Virus record (IMG/VR): IMGVR_UViG_3300045450_000252
Location: 1-64,000 of that record
Direction: 5' to 3' (one strand)
Source of the DNA: a virus
Lineage: Duplodnaviria > Caudoviricetes
DNA length: 64,000 bases
The notes below the pieces were generated by a model, which was given only the letters and a program-made list of their open reading frames with translations, made no database searches and was not told the origin of the DNA. Shown here piece after piece: positions 7,947 to 17,084 of this stretch (position 1 is the first letter of the stretch; every line of letters starts with the position of its first letter). A program made the translations under genes and the position numbers.

Positions 7947-8840
7947 GTGAAGCCAGAAGACTTTCAAGTTGCCAGCAATCAGCGCTTTGCTGATAACGAG
8001 CTGATGCACATCCGGCCGGCGTATTTCCGGGCCTTTGCCGCCGATATCCGGGCCACGTTCGTGTCGCAGCTCGCGCCTAACGTGCCCGAGTACGACCCCA
8101 ACTACTTGTACCCCGTCGAGTACCTGGTGACGTATCAGGGGCCGTTTTACCGGGCCAGGCAGGAGGGCTTTCTGCCCGCGCCCACGCCCGGCCAGGAGAC
8201 GGCCGAGTGGAAACCGGTACAGCCCCCGCTGCCGGCGACGCTGCCTTACCGCGAGCTGACGGTGCTCCAGGCCCAGGACTGGGCCAGCGACGGGCTGCTG
8301 GTGCCCAGTACCTTATACCGCCTGCAAGGCCGCGTCGCTGCCACTGGCGACCCGCTCGCCGACGTGCTGGTGGTGGCCGTATCGCGGCACCACCTCAGTG
8401 AGGCCGACGCCTACACCGTAAGCCTCGACGCGCAAACCCGCCAGGAGCAGGTGCTGCCGGTGAGCTACTCGCTGGCCACCGATACGACGGGAGCACGGGC
8501 GGCCGGCGGGGGCGGTACCAGCTACAGCGACGAGCAGGCCCGCGCCGCGCCGCTGGACCGCGTGGCCCCGGCCGGCACGACCACCGTGACGCTCACGGCC
8601 GAGTCGCCAGAAGATTATGGCACGGCCGCCAGCGGCACCTTCACGGTGGACGGCACCGGCTGCGTGGTCGGCAAAGAGGCTTATTTCGACATCAGCGCGG
8701 GTGGCACGGCTCCGCTTTTCACCAAGGCCCCGGCTGGCCAGCCATTCGATACGACGCTGGCCAAGTTTGTACCGGGCGTTTTCAACCGCTATGCCGTGCG
8801 GGTTTTTTCAAGCCGCATTGAAGTAATCCGCACGAAATGA
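7947..8840 (+). CDS. Virion fibre/decoration-like protein
   Basis: GTG start; YDP..LY..EYLVTYQG.FYRA...W CBM5/12-like motif; homolog at 49422..50318. Confidence 0.65.
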   Translation: MKPEDFQVASNQRFADNELMHIRPAYFRAFAADIRATFVSQLAPNVPEYDPNYLYPVEYLVTYQGPFYRARQEGFLPAPTPGQETAEWKPVQPPLPATLPYRELTVLQAQDWASDGLLVPSTLYRLQGRVAATGDPLADVLVVAVSRHHLSEADAYTVSLDAQTRQEQVLPVSYSLATDTTGARAAGGGGTSYSDEQARAAPLDRVAPAGTTTVTLTAESPEDYGTAASGTFTVDGTGCVVGKEAYFDISAGGTAPLFTKAPAGQPFDTTLAKFVPGVFNRYAVRVFSSRIEVIRTK

Positions 8841-9574
8841 GTACTTACTACGCCCGCCGCCGGGCCGCCGCTGCCCTCAGCTTCGAGCGCCCGGCCGGCG
8901 CGGCTTACCGCTTCACGCCCGCTTCGCTTCAGGCCAGCGGCGGCCTGGTGACGAGTTGGCGTGACGAAGTGAGTGGCCTCGTGCTCAACGCCACGGGCCA
9001 GATAGCCTACACCGCCGCCGACGCCCGGCTCGGGGGCCAGGCCACGGCTGAGCTGACCAGGTCGAGCCACTTCGACACGTTCCCGCTCGAAATCACTGGC
9101 TCGCTCACAGTTGCAGTAGTACTCAAGCAGCTACCCTTACCGGATGAATTCTACATTCAGAACCCGCTGGTGCTCAAAACGGCCGGGGGTGCCTATTCCG
9201 GCTTCGGAAATGGGGAGTACGGCCGGCTGCCAAACTTTAACGGGCGCGGCTACGACCTGATTAATAATCAAAACTTTGACCCTTTCGCGCCGCGGGCGCA
9301 ACTCGCCACCTTCGCACAGTACAGCGACCAAAGCACGCTGCGCCTCTTGCTCAACAACGTGGAACTGGCCCCGCTCAACGGCGGCGTGGGCTTTGTGCCC
9401 AAACAGCAGTACACCGCCTCGCTGGGCTACCTACCGGCCGATACGCGCTACGGCTACAGTGGCCTCATTAGCTACGTGGAAATCTTCCAACGTCAGCTCA
9501 GCGAGCAGGAATTGCAGGAGTATGCTGGCTGGCTGAACCAGCAATTTGACCTCACCGAAATCAACCCGTACTAA
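8837..9574 (+). CDS. LamG/concanavalin-like receptor-binding candidate
   Basis: W.DEVSG, LTVAVV and G.ISYVEIFQRQLSEQE pattern typical of LamG-like tail domains. Confidence 0.55.
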   Translation: MSTYYARRRAAAALSFERPAGAAYRFTPASLQASGGLVTSWRDEVSGLVLNATGQIAYTAADARLGGQATAELTRSSHFDTFPLEITGSLTVAVVLKQLPLPDEFYIQNPLVLKTAGGAYSGFGNGEYGRLPNFNGRGYDLINNQNFDPFAPRAQLATFAQYSDQSTLRLLLNNVELAPLNGGVGFVPKQQYTASLGYLPADTRYGYSGLISYVEIFQRQLSEQELQEYAGWLNQQFDLTEINPY

Positions 9575-9575
9575 G

Positions 9576-10112
9576 ATGCTGCTCACCTCCCCGCGCAAAA
9601 ACCTGCGCCTGTTGCTGCCTGATGTGGTTATCGGCCGCACCACCTTCAAACAAGTGGCCTACGTCACCCGGCAAGGCTTCACGCAGCCCCGCTCGACGGG
9701 CGAGGTTTCTGCCGCCATCGTGGCCGAGGTCGTGCGCTACGCCGTCGACGAGAGCCAGCCGGACGGGCTGGGCGTGGAGCTGGCCGAGTTCAACCCCCGC
9801 GACCCGGTGCGCCTGATTGGCACCAACGACACGCTCCTGTATGCCGACACGGGCGAGGTGGCCGTGCAGCGCACCACCGAGACGCTGCCCGACTGGCTGG
9901 CTGCTTGCCAGGCGAAGGCAGTGGAGGCGGAGCCCCGGCCGGTGATTCTGCAAGGCGATGCGTTCGAGCTGCTGCTGGAGCAGCAGGTGGTCGTCGCCGC
10001 GCAGATTCGCCACCACCTGGCCGCTGCGCCCGCCTACCATTTCGCGCCCAAGGATGCAACTGGTCAACCCATTTTGTGCCATGCGTCAGCGGCGTCGCTA
10101 CTTAGCGAATGA
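9576..10112 (+). CDS. Conserved phage protein following the fibre module
   Basis: N-terminal ~95 aa nearly identical to the 51048 ORF. Confidence 0.75.
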   Translation: MLLTSPRKNLRLLLPDVVIGRTTFKQVAYVTRQGFTQPRSTGEVSAAIVAEVVRYAVDESQPDGLGVELAEFNPRDPVRLIGTNDTLLYADTGEVAVQRTTETLPDWLAACQAKAVEAEPRPVILQGDAFELLLEQQVVVAAQIRHHLAAAPAYHFAPKDATGQPILCHASAASLLSE

Positions 10113-10194
10113 CTAGGGCCGCTGTCTGCCGCTGGCCCTGGCTGCTGTAACATTCGCCCGACTGGACCCCCGAGCCGTTTTCGTAGTAGTTTAG
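10081..10194 (+). pseudogene. Broken homolog of the P2 38-aa membrane peptide
   Basis: MRQRRRYLAND*GRCLPLALAAV vs MHHLLHYLANNWGRCLLVALTAAV; TGG to TAG. Confidence 0.5.
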
Positions 10195-10198
10195 TGGC

Positions 10199-10645
10199 AT
10201 GAAACATTATATACTGACAGGGCTGCTGTTAGGTGGGCTAGCCAGCTGTGCTAAAAAAGACTCCGACCCTAGTCCGCCGGCACCCCCCGCGCCAACACTG
10301 ACGGGCGGCACTTGGACTTTTCAGTCTGAAACTGTTGTCACGACCCCTAAAAGTGGCGGAGCTACCACTACTGCAACGACCACACCTGCTGGTACTACGA
10401 CACTAGCCTTTACCGATGCGACCCATTACACTCTGTTCACTAATGAACATAATGCGCCGCTCACTGGTAGTGGCACTTATACATACAGTGCAAATACCAT
10501 TACCTCCACGTCTGCCACCGGTTCTGGCGTGTTACTAGCTGAAAAACTCTATGTAAGTGAGCTAAGTGCCAAGAAATTAGTGCTGATTGACAATAGCGAG
10601 GACGCTACCAACAGGTACGTAACGACGGATACGTTTACGCGCTAG
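10199..10645 (+). CDS. Lipoprotein, lipocalin-like (moron)
   Basis: Lipobox LASC; LTGGTWTF and GSGTYTY beta motifs; lower GC; absent from P2. Confidence 0.75.
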   Translation: MKHYILTGLLLGGLASCAKKDSDPSPPAPPAPTLTGGTWTFQSETVVTTPKSGGATTTATTTPAGTTTLAFTDATHYTLFTNEHNAPLTGSGTYTYSANTITSTSATGSGVLLAEKLYVSELSAKKLVLIDNSEDATNRYVTTDTFTR

Positions 10646-10665
10646 TCTACTTTTTCTAGCTATTC

Positions 10666-10697
10666 AGCCCCGTGCCTAGCCGGCCGGGGCTTTTTTA
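10666..10697 (+). terminator. Rho-independent terminator
   Basis: AGCCCCG...CGGGGCT followed by T-run. Confidence 0.7.
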
Positions 10698-10760
10698 TGC
10701 TCGTTGCGCTAGTCTTTGGAAAACATGGCGTCCACGTACCAGTAGAGTCTGGTTTTTTCT

Positions 10761-10795
10761 GTCCTTTCTACCCCCCTGGTGAGCGGGCAGTTTTG
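10761..10795 (+). promoter_or_regulatory. Late-promoter-like motif, site 2 (head operon)
   Basis: TTTTTTCT-GTCCTTT...CAGTTTTG, 34-bp spacing. Confidence 0.65.
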
Positions 10796-10814
10796 CATCA
10801 TTCAACCCTGAACG

Positions 10815-12206
10815 ATGCAACTCAACAGTGCCCTCGCGGCAGTTCTTGGCGGGCAATTCCTGCTCGAAGAGTCGGCCGTGCCGGCCTTTATGCTCCAGTC
10901 GGCCCGCCTGCTGATGGAAGGTAGCCCGGCCGCCCCCCGGCCGGCCGAGCAGTCCGCGCCGGCGGCTCATTTCGCTATCGATATGGCAGCCACGAGCCTG
11001 GAGCTGCGCGGCTACGGCTCGCTCGACGACGTGCCCGCCGGCTCAGTGGCCATCACGACCCTCAACGGCGTGATGATGCCCGACGACGCCTGGGACTATG
11101 ACTACGGCTACGTGCCCGGCACGCGCACGCTGGCCGCCCGCATCCAGCAGGCCGATGCTCACCCCAACATCGTGGCCCACGTCGTGGTGGCCCGCACGCC
11201 GGGCGGCAGCACGATGGGCCTGGAGCACTTCGGTGACGTGATTGCGGGCACCGCCAAGCCGCTCATCGGCTACGTGGAAATGATGTGCAGCGCGGGCCTG
11301 TGGGCCGTGTCCGGGGCCGATAAAATCGTGATTGCCCGCACGGGCATCGCCGGCAGCATCGGCACGAAGTGGGACGGCATGGACTTCTCGAAATTCTACG
11401 AGAAGATGGGCATTACCCCGGTCACGGTGACGGCCACCGACTCGGTGGACAAGACTCGCATGTTCGACGAGGCCCTCAAGGGCAAGCCCGGCCTGCTGCG
11501 CACGCAGCTGCTCGACCCGCTCAACAATGAATTCCTGGCCACTGTGAAGGCCAATCTGCCCGAGGCCACCGCTGACACGCTCACCGGCAAGCTCTACGTG
11601 GGCCAGGCCGCCATCGACAACGGCCTGGCTGACCAGCTGGGCTCGCTTCAGGATGCCATTCAACTGGGCATCGACCTGGCCGACGCGGCCGGGCTCGTCG
11701 GGGCCGGCTCTTTTTCTGCTTCTACCACTTTTTCCCCTTCAACCCTTTCTCACTCAACTACTACTATGGGACTGTTCGGCAGTAACAAAAACGCTACCCT
11801 GGCTTTTGCAGCCCTGGGTGCCCTCGCGGGCAAGACTGGTCTGACGGCCGACAGCGCCAAAGCCGCCAACGAGGAGCTGATTGCCGCCGGCGTGACCGAC
11901 GCGGCCATTATCACCCGTGCCGAGTTTCAAGACCTCTCGGCCAAGGCCGCTCGCGCCGATGCCGCTGAGGGCAAGGTAACCGAGCTCACGGCGCAGGTGG
12001 GCACGCTCACCACGGCCAAAACTGAACTCGAAACCAAGCTCACGGCCGCCAATCAAGAGGTGGTTCGTCTCGGTGCTCTGCCCGGCGCGGCCCCCACCGC
12101 GGCCGGCAAGGCCGCCGGTGACACCCAGGAGCCGGCTAAGGCCCATGCCTGGTTCAACCCCGAAGCCGACCACAACGCCGAGGCCATTGCCCTGCTGGGC
12201 AAGTAA
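10815..12206 (+). CDS. S49 (ClpP/SppA-like) prohead protease fused to scaffold
   Basis: RTPGGS, MCSAGLW, GSIGT motifs; C-terminal Ala-rich coiled coil. Confidence 0.88.
   Translation: MQLNSALAAVLGGQFLLEESAVPAFMLQSARLLMEGSPAAPRPAEQSAPAAHFAIDMAATSLELRGYGSLDDVPAGSVAITTLNGVMMPDDAWDYDYGYVPGTRTLAARIQQADAHPNIVAHVVVARTPGGSTMGLEHFGDVIAGTAKPLIGYVEMMCSAGLWAVSGADKIVIARTGIAGSIGTKWDGMDFSKFYEKMGITPVTVTATDSVDKTRMFDEALKGKPGLLRTQLLDPLNNEFLATVKANLPEATADTLTGKLYVGQAAIDNGLADQLGSLQDAIQLGIDLADAAGLVGAGSFSASTTFSPSTLSHSTTTMGLFGSNKNATLAFAALGALAGKTGLTADSAKAANEELIAAGVTDAAIITRAEFQDLSAKAARADAAEGKVTELTAQVGTLTTAKTELETKLTAANQEVVRLGALPGAAPTAAGKAAGDTQEPAKAHAWFNPEADHNAEAIALLGK
11766..12206 (+). CDS. Nested in-frame scaffold protein
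   Basis: Internal ATG after pyrimidine-rich tract; matches the separate P2 gene 52725..53183. Confidence 0.6.
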   Translation: MGLFGSNKNATLAFAALGALAGKTGLTADSAKAANEELIAAGVTDAAIITRAEFQDLSAKAARADAAEGKVTELTAQVGTLTTAKTELETKLTAANQEVVRLGALPGAAPTAAGKAAGDTQEPAKAHAWFNPEADHNAEAIALLGK

Positions 12207-12294
12207 GCGGCCTCAGCCCCGGCCCCCGCTCACCAGGAGAGGCGGTCGGTTAAGTCCTGTTTTCCCCTCTCTCAACTTTTTTCTGCCCCTTTTT

Positions 12295-13290
12295 ATGGCT
12301 ATCAATGCCACTCAACTAAAAGACGAACTCGGCAACTTCTCGCGAAGCAACAACAAGGAGATTCGCAGCATGGCCTACCAACAGTCGGTTACGGCCAAGT
12401 TCATGCGCCTCGTCGCTTCGGTGAAGGGCCGCTTTCCCGCTCTCCAGGCAATTTCAAGCCACGTTGTGCAGGGCTTTACGGCCGTGTGGAGCCCGATGGG
12501 TATCACCGAGTTTCGGGTAAACGAGCTCAAAAATTTCCGCCAGAAGGTCAACTACCCGATTAAGCCGGACGATATCCAGGCCTCGTGGCTTGCGGAGCTG
12601 TACAAGGAGAATACGAAGCCGGCCGACATGCCCATTTCGCAGTATATCATCAACGACCAGCTGATGAAGAAGGTCGTAGCCGACCGGGAACTGCTCTTGT
12701 GCAAGGGTAAATACGACGCTGCACGAAAAAACGAGTTTGGTAAGTCGATGGACGGTATCGCCGAAATCATCCGCCAGGCCTGCTTGCCTGGCACTGAGAA
12801 CCCGGTCTTTCAGGTGCCGCTCCAAGCCATCACGTCGAGCAACATCACGGACCAGGTGACTGACTTCGAGATGGCCATTCCTGAGCCGCTGAAGGACTTG
12901 CTCACGCGTGTATTCATGAGCAAGAGCAACCTGGAGAAATATCGCATCGATTACTTCAAGAGGTACGGTGTGTATCCCAGTTACACCGACAACAAGGGCT
13001 ATCGCACCATTTTGGGCGACCGTGAGCTGATTGGCTTACCCGGTCTGAATGGCTCGGATGTCATCTTCTCAACCCCTGACGAGAACTTCTTGCGCCTCAT
13101 CGATATCAACGATGACCCGGTAATTACCGACGTGCAGGCCCAGGATTACGACGTGAAAATCTTCATGGAGTGGTGGGAAGGTGTGCAGTTCTACACTAAC
13201 CAAATGGTAGTTGTTGGCGTGGTGGGCGGCACGGTAAGCGGCCTGGGTAGCGACGAGTTGGACGAGAAATATTACCCCAGCCTCAACTAA
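12295..13290 (+). CDS. Major capsid protein
   Basis: Follows protease/scaffold; distant homolog of 53245..54240 (SWL..L, K.MDGI..II). Confidence 0.8.
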   Translation: MAINATQLKDELGNFSRSNNKEIRSMAYQQSVTAKFMRLVASVKGRFPALQAISSHVVQGFTAVWSPMGITEFRVNELKNFRQKVNYPIKPDDIQASWLAELYKENTKPADMPISQYIINDQLMKKVVADRELLLCKGKYDAARKNEFGKSMDGIAEIIRQACLPGTENPVFQVPLQAITSSNITDQVTDFEMAIPEPLKDLLTRVFMSKSNLEKYRIDYFKRYGVYPSYTDNKGYRTILGDRELIGLPGLNGSDVIFSTPDENFLRLIDINDDPVITDVQAQDYDVKIFMEWWEGVQFYTNQMVVVGVVGGTVSGLGSDELDEKYYPSLN

Positions 13291-13365
13291 GTCAGCGGCG
13301 CTAAAAGCCCAGCAGCCCACCACGTCGAGCGGGTTATTTTTCCACTTATCATTCAGCTACTACCT

Positions 13366-13968
13366 ATGACACTAGACTTTGAAGACATTGAGGGTACCGC
13401 CGGCGAAGACAATAGCGCGGGTATTCAGCAGAACATCTACCTCATCGACCACCGCGACGTGGCCGGCCACCCCGCCTTCCCGAAAATCGACGTGAAGTCG
13501 GCCACGGCCCAGACGCTGGCCGACCTGGTGACGGTGCCGGATGACATTCTGCTTAAAAACGGCCGCAAGGCCTTCCGCCTCCAATGCACGCTGGAGAAGG
13601 GGGCGGGCACGAGCGACTCGCAAGGGGAAATCGACGGCATGAGCTTTAAAAACGGCCTCAAGCTGCTCATTCCCGGCAACAAGGCCAACGCCGACGGCTT
13701 CGCCCGCTACGCCAAAAACGGCTCGTTCTACCTGCTCTACTTCGAGCTGGACGGCTCGCCCCGCCTGCTGGGCAACCCCGGCTACCCGGCCAAGATGGTG
13801 AGCGCGCCCGGCACCACGGGCGAGAAATCGGCCGACCTGAAGGGCCGCACCTTCACTTTCCAGAGCGTGTGGAGCGGCCCGGCCCCGATTTTCGCCGGCC
13901 AGGTGATGATTGCCGGGGCCACAGCTAACGACCCGGCTACGGAGCAGGAGTTGGTGTACCTGAAGTAG
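13366..13968 (+). CDS. Major tail tube protein
   Basis: ~200 aa after capsid; homolog at 54720..55256; inferred from size, position and beta-rich pattern. Confidence 0.65.
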   Translation: MTLDFEDIEGTAGEDNSAGIQQNIYLIDHRDVAGHPAFPKIDVKSATAQTLADLVTVPDDILLKNGRKAFRLQCTLEKGAGTSDSQGEIDGMSFKNGLKLLIPGNKANADGFARYAKNGSFYLLYFELDGSPRLLGNPGYPAKMVSAPGTTGEKSADLKGRTFTFQSVWSGPAPIFAGQVMIAGATANDPATEQELVYLK

Positions 13969-14009
13969 CTTTGTGGCACTTCGGGTGTTCAGCCCGATGA
14001 GATAAATCT

Positions 14010-14044
14010 AAAAAGCCCGCTGGCCTTGCCAGCGGGCTTTTTTT
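14010..14044 (+). terminator. Rho-independent terminator
   Basis: AAAAAGCCCGCTGGC-CTT-GCCAGCGGGCTTTTT. Confidence 0.85.
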
Positions 14045-14045
14045 C

Positions 14046-14080
14046 GTCCTTTCGGGGCGGTAATTACCAAGGGAATTTCG
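14046..14080 (+). promoter_or_regulatory. Late-promoter-like motif, site 3 (terminase operon)
   Basis: GTCCTTT...GAATTTCG, 34-bp spacing; GGTAATTACC in spacer. Confidence 0.65.
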
Positions 14081-14084
14081 GGGC

Positions 14085-14723
14085 ATGACTCCGAAAGAAT
14101 GGCTCGACGGCGAGCGCAACTATGAGGTAGGGCGACAGCTCTACGAGCAGCTGGGCGACAATGCCCGGCTCAAGCAGGTGCTGGGCCACGGCCCCAGCGC
14201 CTACAACCAGGAGGCCCTGGCCTGGGAAATCGACAAGCTGGCCCGGGACGGGGTGGCGGTCGCCGTTGCCCTGGTCGTGCCGGTGCCGGTCGTAGTGGCC
14301 AGCGCCCCGGAAGCGACGCCGAGCGAGCCCGCGCCCGAAAACCCGCTACTGGCGGAGCTGCGCGAGGCCCGCCGCCCGCTCTACGATGAGCGCACCCACC
14401 TGCACGCGCAGCTGGAGGTGCTGGCCGAGCACGGCAGCCAGGACGACGTGCATCAGGCCGCCCTGCGCATCATGGGCCTGAGCCGCGAGCTGGAGGTCAG
14501 CAAGCAAACTGAGGCCTACGTGGCTGAGCATGGCCAGCTGCCCCCGCCGCCGGTCGCCGCGCCCGGTCTCGACGCGCTGAGCCCGGTGGACTTGCTCAAA
14601 AAGCGCAATAGCCTGCGCAGCCAGGTGAGCCGGCTCAAAAAGCGTGAAGACCGCGCCGCCGACCTGGTGCAGGCCCAAACCGATTTGAGCGTGGTGGAGG
14701 AGGCGCTGTTGGGCCATGAGTAA
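14085..14723 (+). CDS. Conserved phage protein upstream of terS
   Basis: Homolog at 55559..56176 (WL..G..Y..G..LY..LG). Confidence 0.8.
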   Translation: MTPKEWLDGERNYEVGRQLYEQLGDNARLKQVLGHGPSAYNQEALAWEIDKLARDGVAVAVALVVPVPVVVASAPEATPSEPAPENPLLAELREARRPLYDERTHLHAQLEVLAEHGSQDDVHQAALRIMGLSRELEVSKQTEAYVAEHGQLPPPPVAAPGLDALSPVDLLKKRNSLRSQVSRLKKREDRAADLVQAQTDLSVVEEALLGHE

Positions 14724-15354
14724 GAAAGCCACCAACCTGCCGGCCGTCGTGCCCACCGAGCTCAAAACGACCTTCGACCGCATCTACTACTCCTATTTGA
14801 GCGAGGAGGTGGAGGCGCTGCTCACGCCTGACGAGCTGGAGCGGCGCGTGCGCATTGATGAGGCCTGGCACCACATGGTCACGCTCAAATCGCCGCTGGC
14901 CACGGCCGAGTGGGTGCAGGGCAAGTTCGACGTGGCGCGCGCGACGGCCTACCGCATCGTGCGCGAGGCGCTGCAAATCTTCGGCGACGTGGTGGAAACC
15001 AGCAAGGCCGCCAAGCGCCGTCTGCTGTGGGAGTATTCGCTCAAAGGGCTGGACAAGGCGCTGGAAATCGAGGATATGCGCGCCTACGCCGCCATTCTCA
15101 AGAACATGACCACGTTCGAGGGCCTCAACCTCGAAGACAACACCTTCGACGGCGAAGCCATCCAGGCACACACCTACCTCATCCAAATCGACGGCCCTGG
15201 GGGCGGCCTGCGCTTCAATGCCAACGCTATCGAGGAGTTGACGCCTGACCAATACGAAGTGGTGCTCGACAGCGTGGAGGATATGACTACCAGCGTGGAG
15301 CAGATGGAGAAAATGCTCGACCGGGCCGAAAAGAAAGGAAAAAAGCAGTCGTGA
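14716..15354 (+). CDS. terS: Terminase small subunit
   Basis: HTH (F.V.RATAYR) immediately upstream of and overlapping terL. Confidence 0.7.
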   Translation: MSKKATNLPAVVPTELKTTFDRIYYSYLSEEVEALLTPDELERRVRIDEAWHHMVTLKSPLATAEWVQGKFDVARATAYRIVREALQIFGDVVETSKAAKRRLLWEYSLKGLDKALEIEDMRAYAAILKNMTTFEGLNLEDNTFDGEAIQAHTYLIQIDGPGGGLRFNANAIEELTPDQYEVVLDSVEDMTTSVEQMEKMLDRAEKKGKKQS

Positions 15355-17012
15355 GCGCCCAGAACGTAAAAACGAAACCGCTGCACTTCAACCGGCCCCA
15401 GATGCGGTTTTTGGTCACGCTGATGATGTCGGCCGTGAGCATCTGGGGCCGGGCCACGGGTAAGTCGTCGCTCATTGCCTGGCTGATGCACCTGATAGTG
15501 CAGAACCTGCCCCGCAGCGCCTGGGCGCTGTGCGGGCAGACCTATCAGCAAATCCTGACCCGCACGCTGCCCTCGACGATTGCCTCGCTCGAGCGCATCG
15601 GCTACTTCCAGGACGTGCACTACGTCATCGGGGTAAAGCCGCCCAAGCACTTTGCCCGGCCCTTCGAGCCGCCGCAGACCTGGGGGCATACCATCTGCTT
15701 TGCCAATGGCACGGCCTTTCACCTGATTTCGCTCGACGGGGGCGGAGGCAGCGCCCGCGGCCTGAACCTGGACGGGGTGCTGGCCGACGAGTCGCTCACG
15801 CTCAACCGCGAGAAGTTCGACGACGAGGTGCTGCCCGCCAACCGGGGCAATGAGCGCCAGGCCTGGAGCGGGCACCGCCTGCACCACGGCGTATTTCACT
15901 TCACGTCCATGCCCTACGGCAACCAGGGCAAGTGGCTGCTGGAGGGCAGCAAGCACTACCAGGAAAACGGGAAGGACTACGAGGCGCTCAGCCGCGAGCT
16001 CGTGCGCCTCCAGCTGCGCTACATCGACAACAAGGACCGCGAAACCCGGCGGGCCGTGTGGGAGGATATCCAGCAGCTTACGCGCCAGCTGCGCTACTAC
16101 GTCGATGGCGATGGCCAGCTCTATAGCGAGGCCAACGTGTTCGAGAACCTCACCAACGTCGGTATCCGCTACCTGGAGCAGCTGCGCCGCCTGCTCACCG
16201 ACTTCACCTTCCGGGTGGAGGTGCTCAACCAGCGCCCTCTGGCCGTGGAGGCGGGCTTTTATCCCACGCTCGACACGGCCAAGCACAGTTACGAGGCCTT
16301 CAACTACAGCCACCTGGAGGGCGAGAACTTCAGCGCGGCCCGGCTGAAGCGCCTGAGCGAGTTTCCCGATAGTCGGCAGGATGCCGATTGCGACGCCACG
16401 CTGCCCCTGCGCATCGCGGCCGACTGGGGCAAGGCCTCGTTCATTACCGTGGCCCAGGTGCACGCCAAGGTGCGGGAGTATCGCTTCCTCAAGGGCTTCT
16501 ACGTCAAGCACCCGCAGCTCATTCGCCACCTGGCCAAGCTCTTCACCGACTACTACGCCCACCACCTGATTAAGCGCGTCGTCTTTATCGAGGATGCTGA
16601 GTATGGCAACAGCCGCAACCCCAACAGCGAGGAAACCTACAACCAGGAGTTCTGCCGCCTGCTGCGCGAGGCGGGCTGGAAGGTGGAAGTGAAGAAGCTC
16701 GGCCGCGTGCCGGGCTACCGCACGCGCTACCTGCTGGCCCACGAGCTGCTGGCCGAGCTCGACTCCGCCCAGCCCCGCCTGCGCTTCAACAAGTACCACT
16801 GCAAGGAGGTGCTGCTGGCCATGCAGATGACCGAAATCCGGCAGGGCAAGAATGGTATTGAGAAGAACAAGACCAGCGAGAAACTCAAGAGCGTGCCGGC
16901 CGAGGAGGCCCCGCACTTCACCGATACCTTCGACCTACACCTGCTCAGCATCGACGACACGCTCATCAAGCCCACGGCCGACTTCAGCGGCTTCGTGATG
17001 CTCACGAGCTGA
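15351..17012 (+). CDS. terL: Terminase large subunit
   Basis: Walker A WGRATGKS, Walker B VLADES, C-terminal nuclease (AADWG...HFTDTFD). Confidence 0.9.
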   Translation: MSAQNVKTKPLHFNRPQMRFLVTLMMSAVSIWGRATGKSSLIAWLMHLIVQNLPRSAWALCGQTYQQILTRTLPSTIASLERIGYFQDVHYVIGVKPPKHFARPFEPPQTWGHTICFANGTAFHLISLDGGGGSARGLNLDGVLADESLTLNREKFDDEVLPANRGNERQAWSGHRLHHGVFHFTSMPYGNQGKWLLEGSKHYQENGKDYEALSRELVRLQLRYIDNKDRETRRAVWEDIQQLTRQLRYYVDGDGQLYSEANVFENLTNVGIRYLEQLRRLLTDFTFRVEVLNQRPLAVEAGFYPTLDTAKHSYEAFNYSHLEGENFSAARLKRLSEFPDSRQDADCDATLPLRIAADWGKASFITVAQVHAKVREYRFLKGFYVKHPQLIRHLAKLFTDYYAHHLIKRVVFIEDAEYGNSRNPNSEETYNQEFCRLLREAGWKVEVKKLGRVPGYRTRYLLAHELLAELDSAQPRLRFNKYHCKEVLLAMQMTEIRQGKNGIEKNKTSEKLKSVPAEEAPHFTDTFDLHLLSIDDTLIKPTADFSGFVMLTS

Positions 17013-17033
17013 GCACACGTGGTAATTACCACG

Positions 17034-17068
17034 AAAACCCCGTTTGCAGCCTGCAAACGGGGTTTTTT
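17034..17068 (+). terminator. Terminator after terL
   Basis: AAAACCCCGTTTGCA-GCC-TGCAAACGGGGTTTT. Confidence 0.85.
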
Positions 17069-17084
17069 GTTGCCCGGAGCCCAG

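Noticed and set aside
9850-10112. Diversity-generating retroelement VR/TR pair (versus 51320..51590)
   Set aside because: Mismatches are not confined to adenines, both copies drift, and no reverse transcriptase is present in the window
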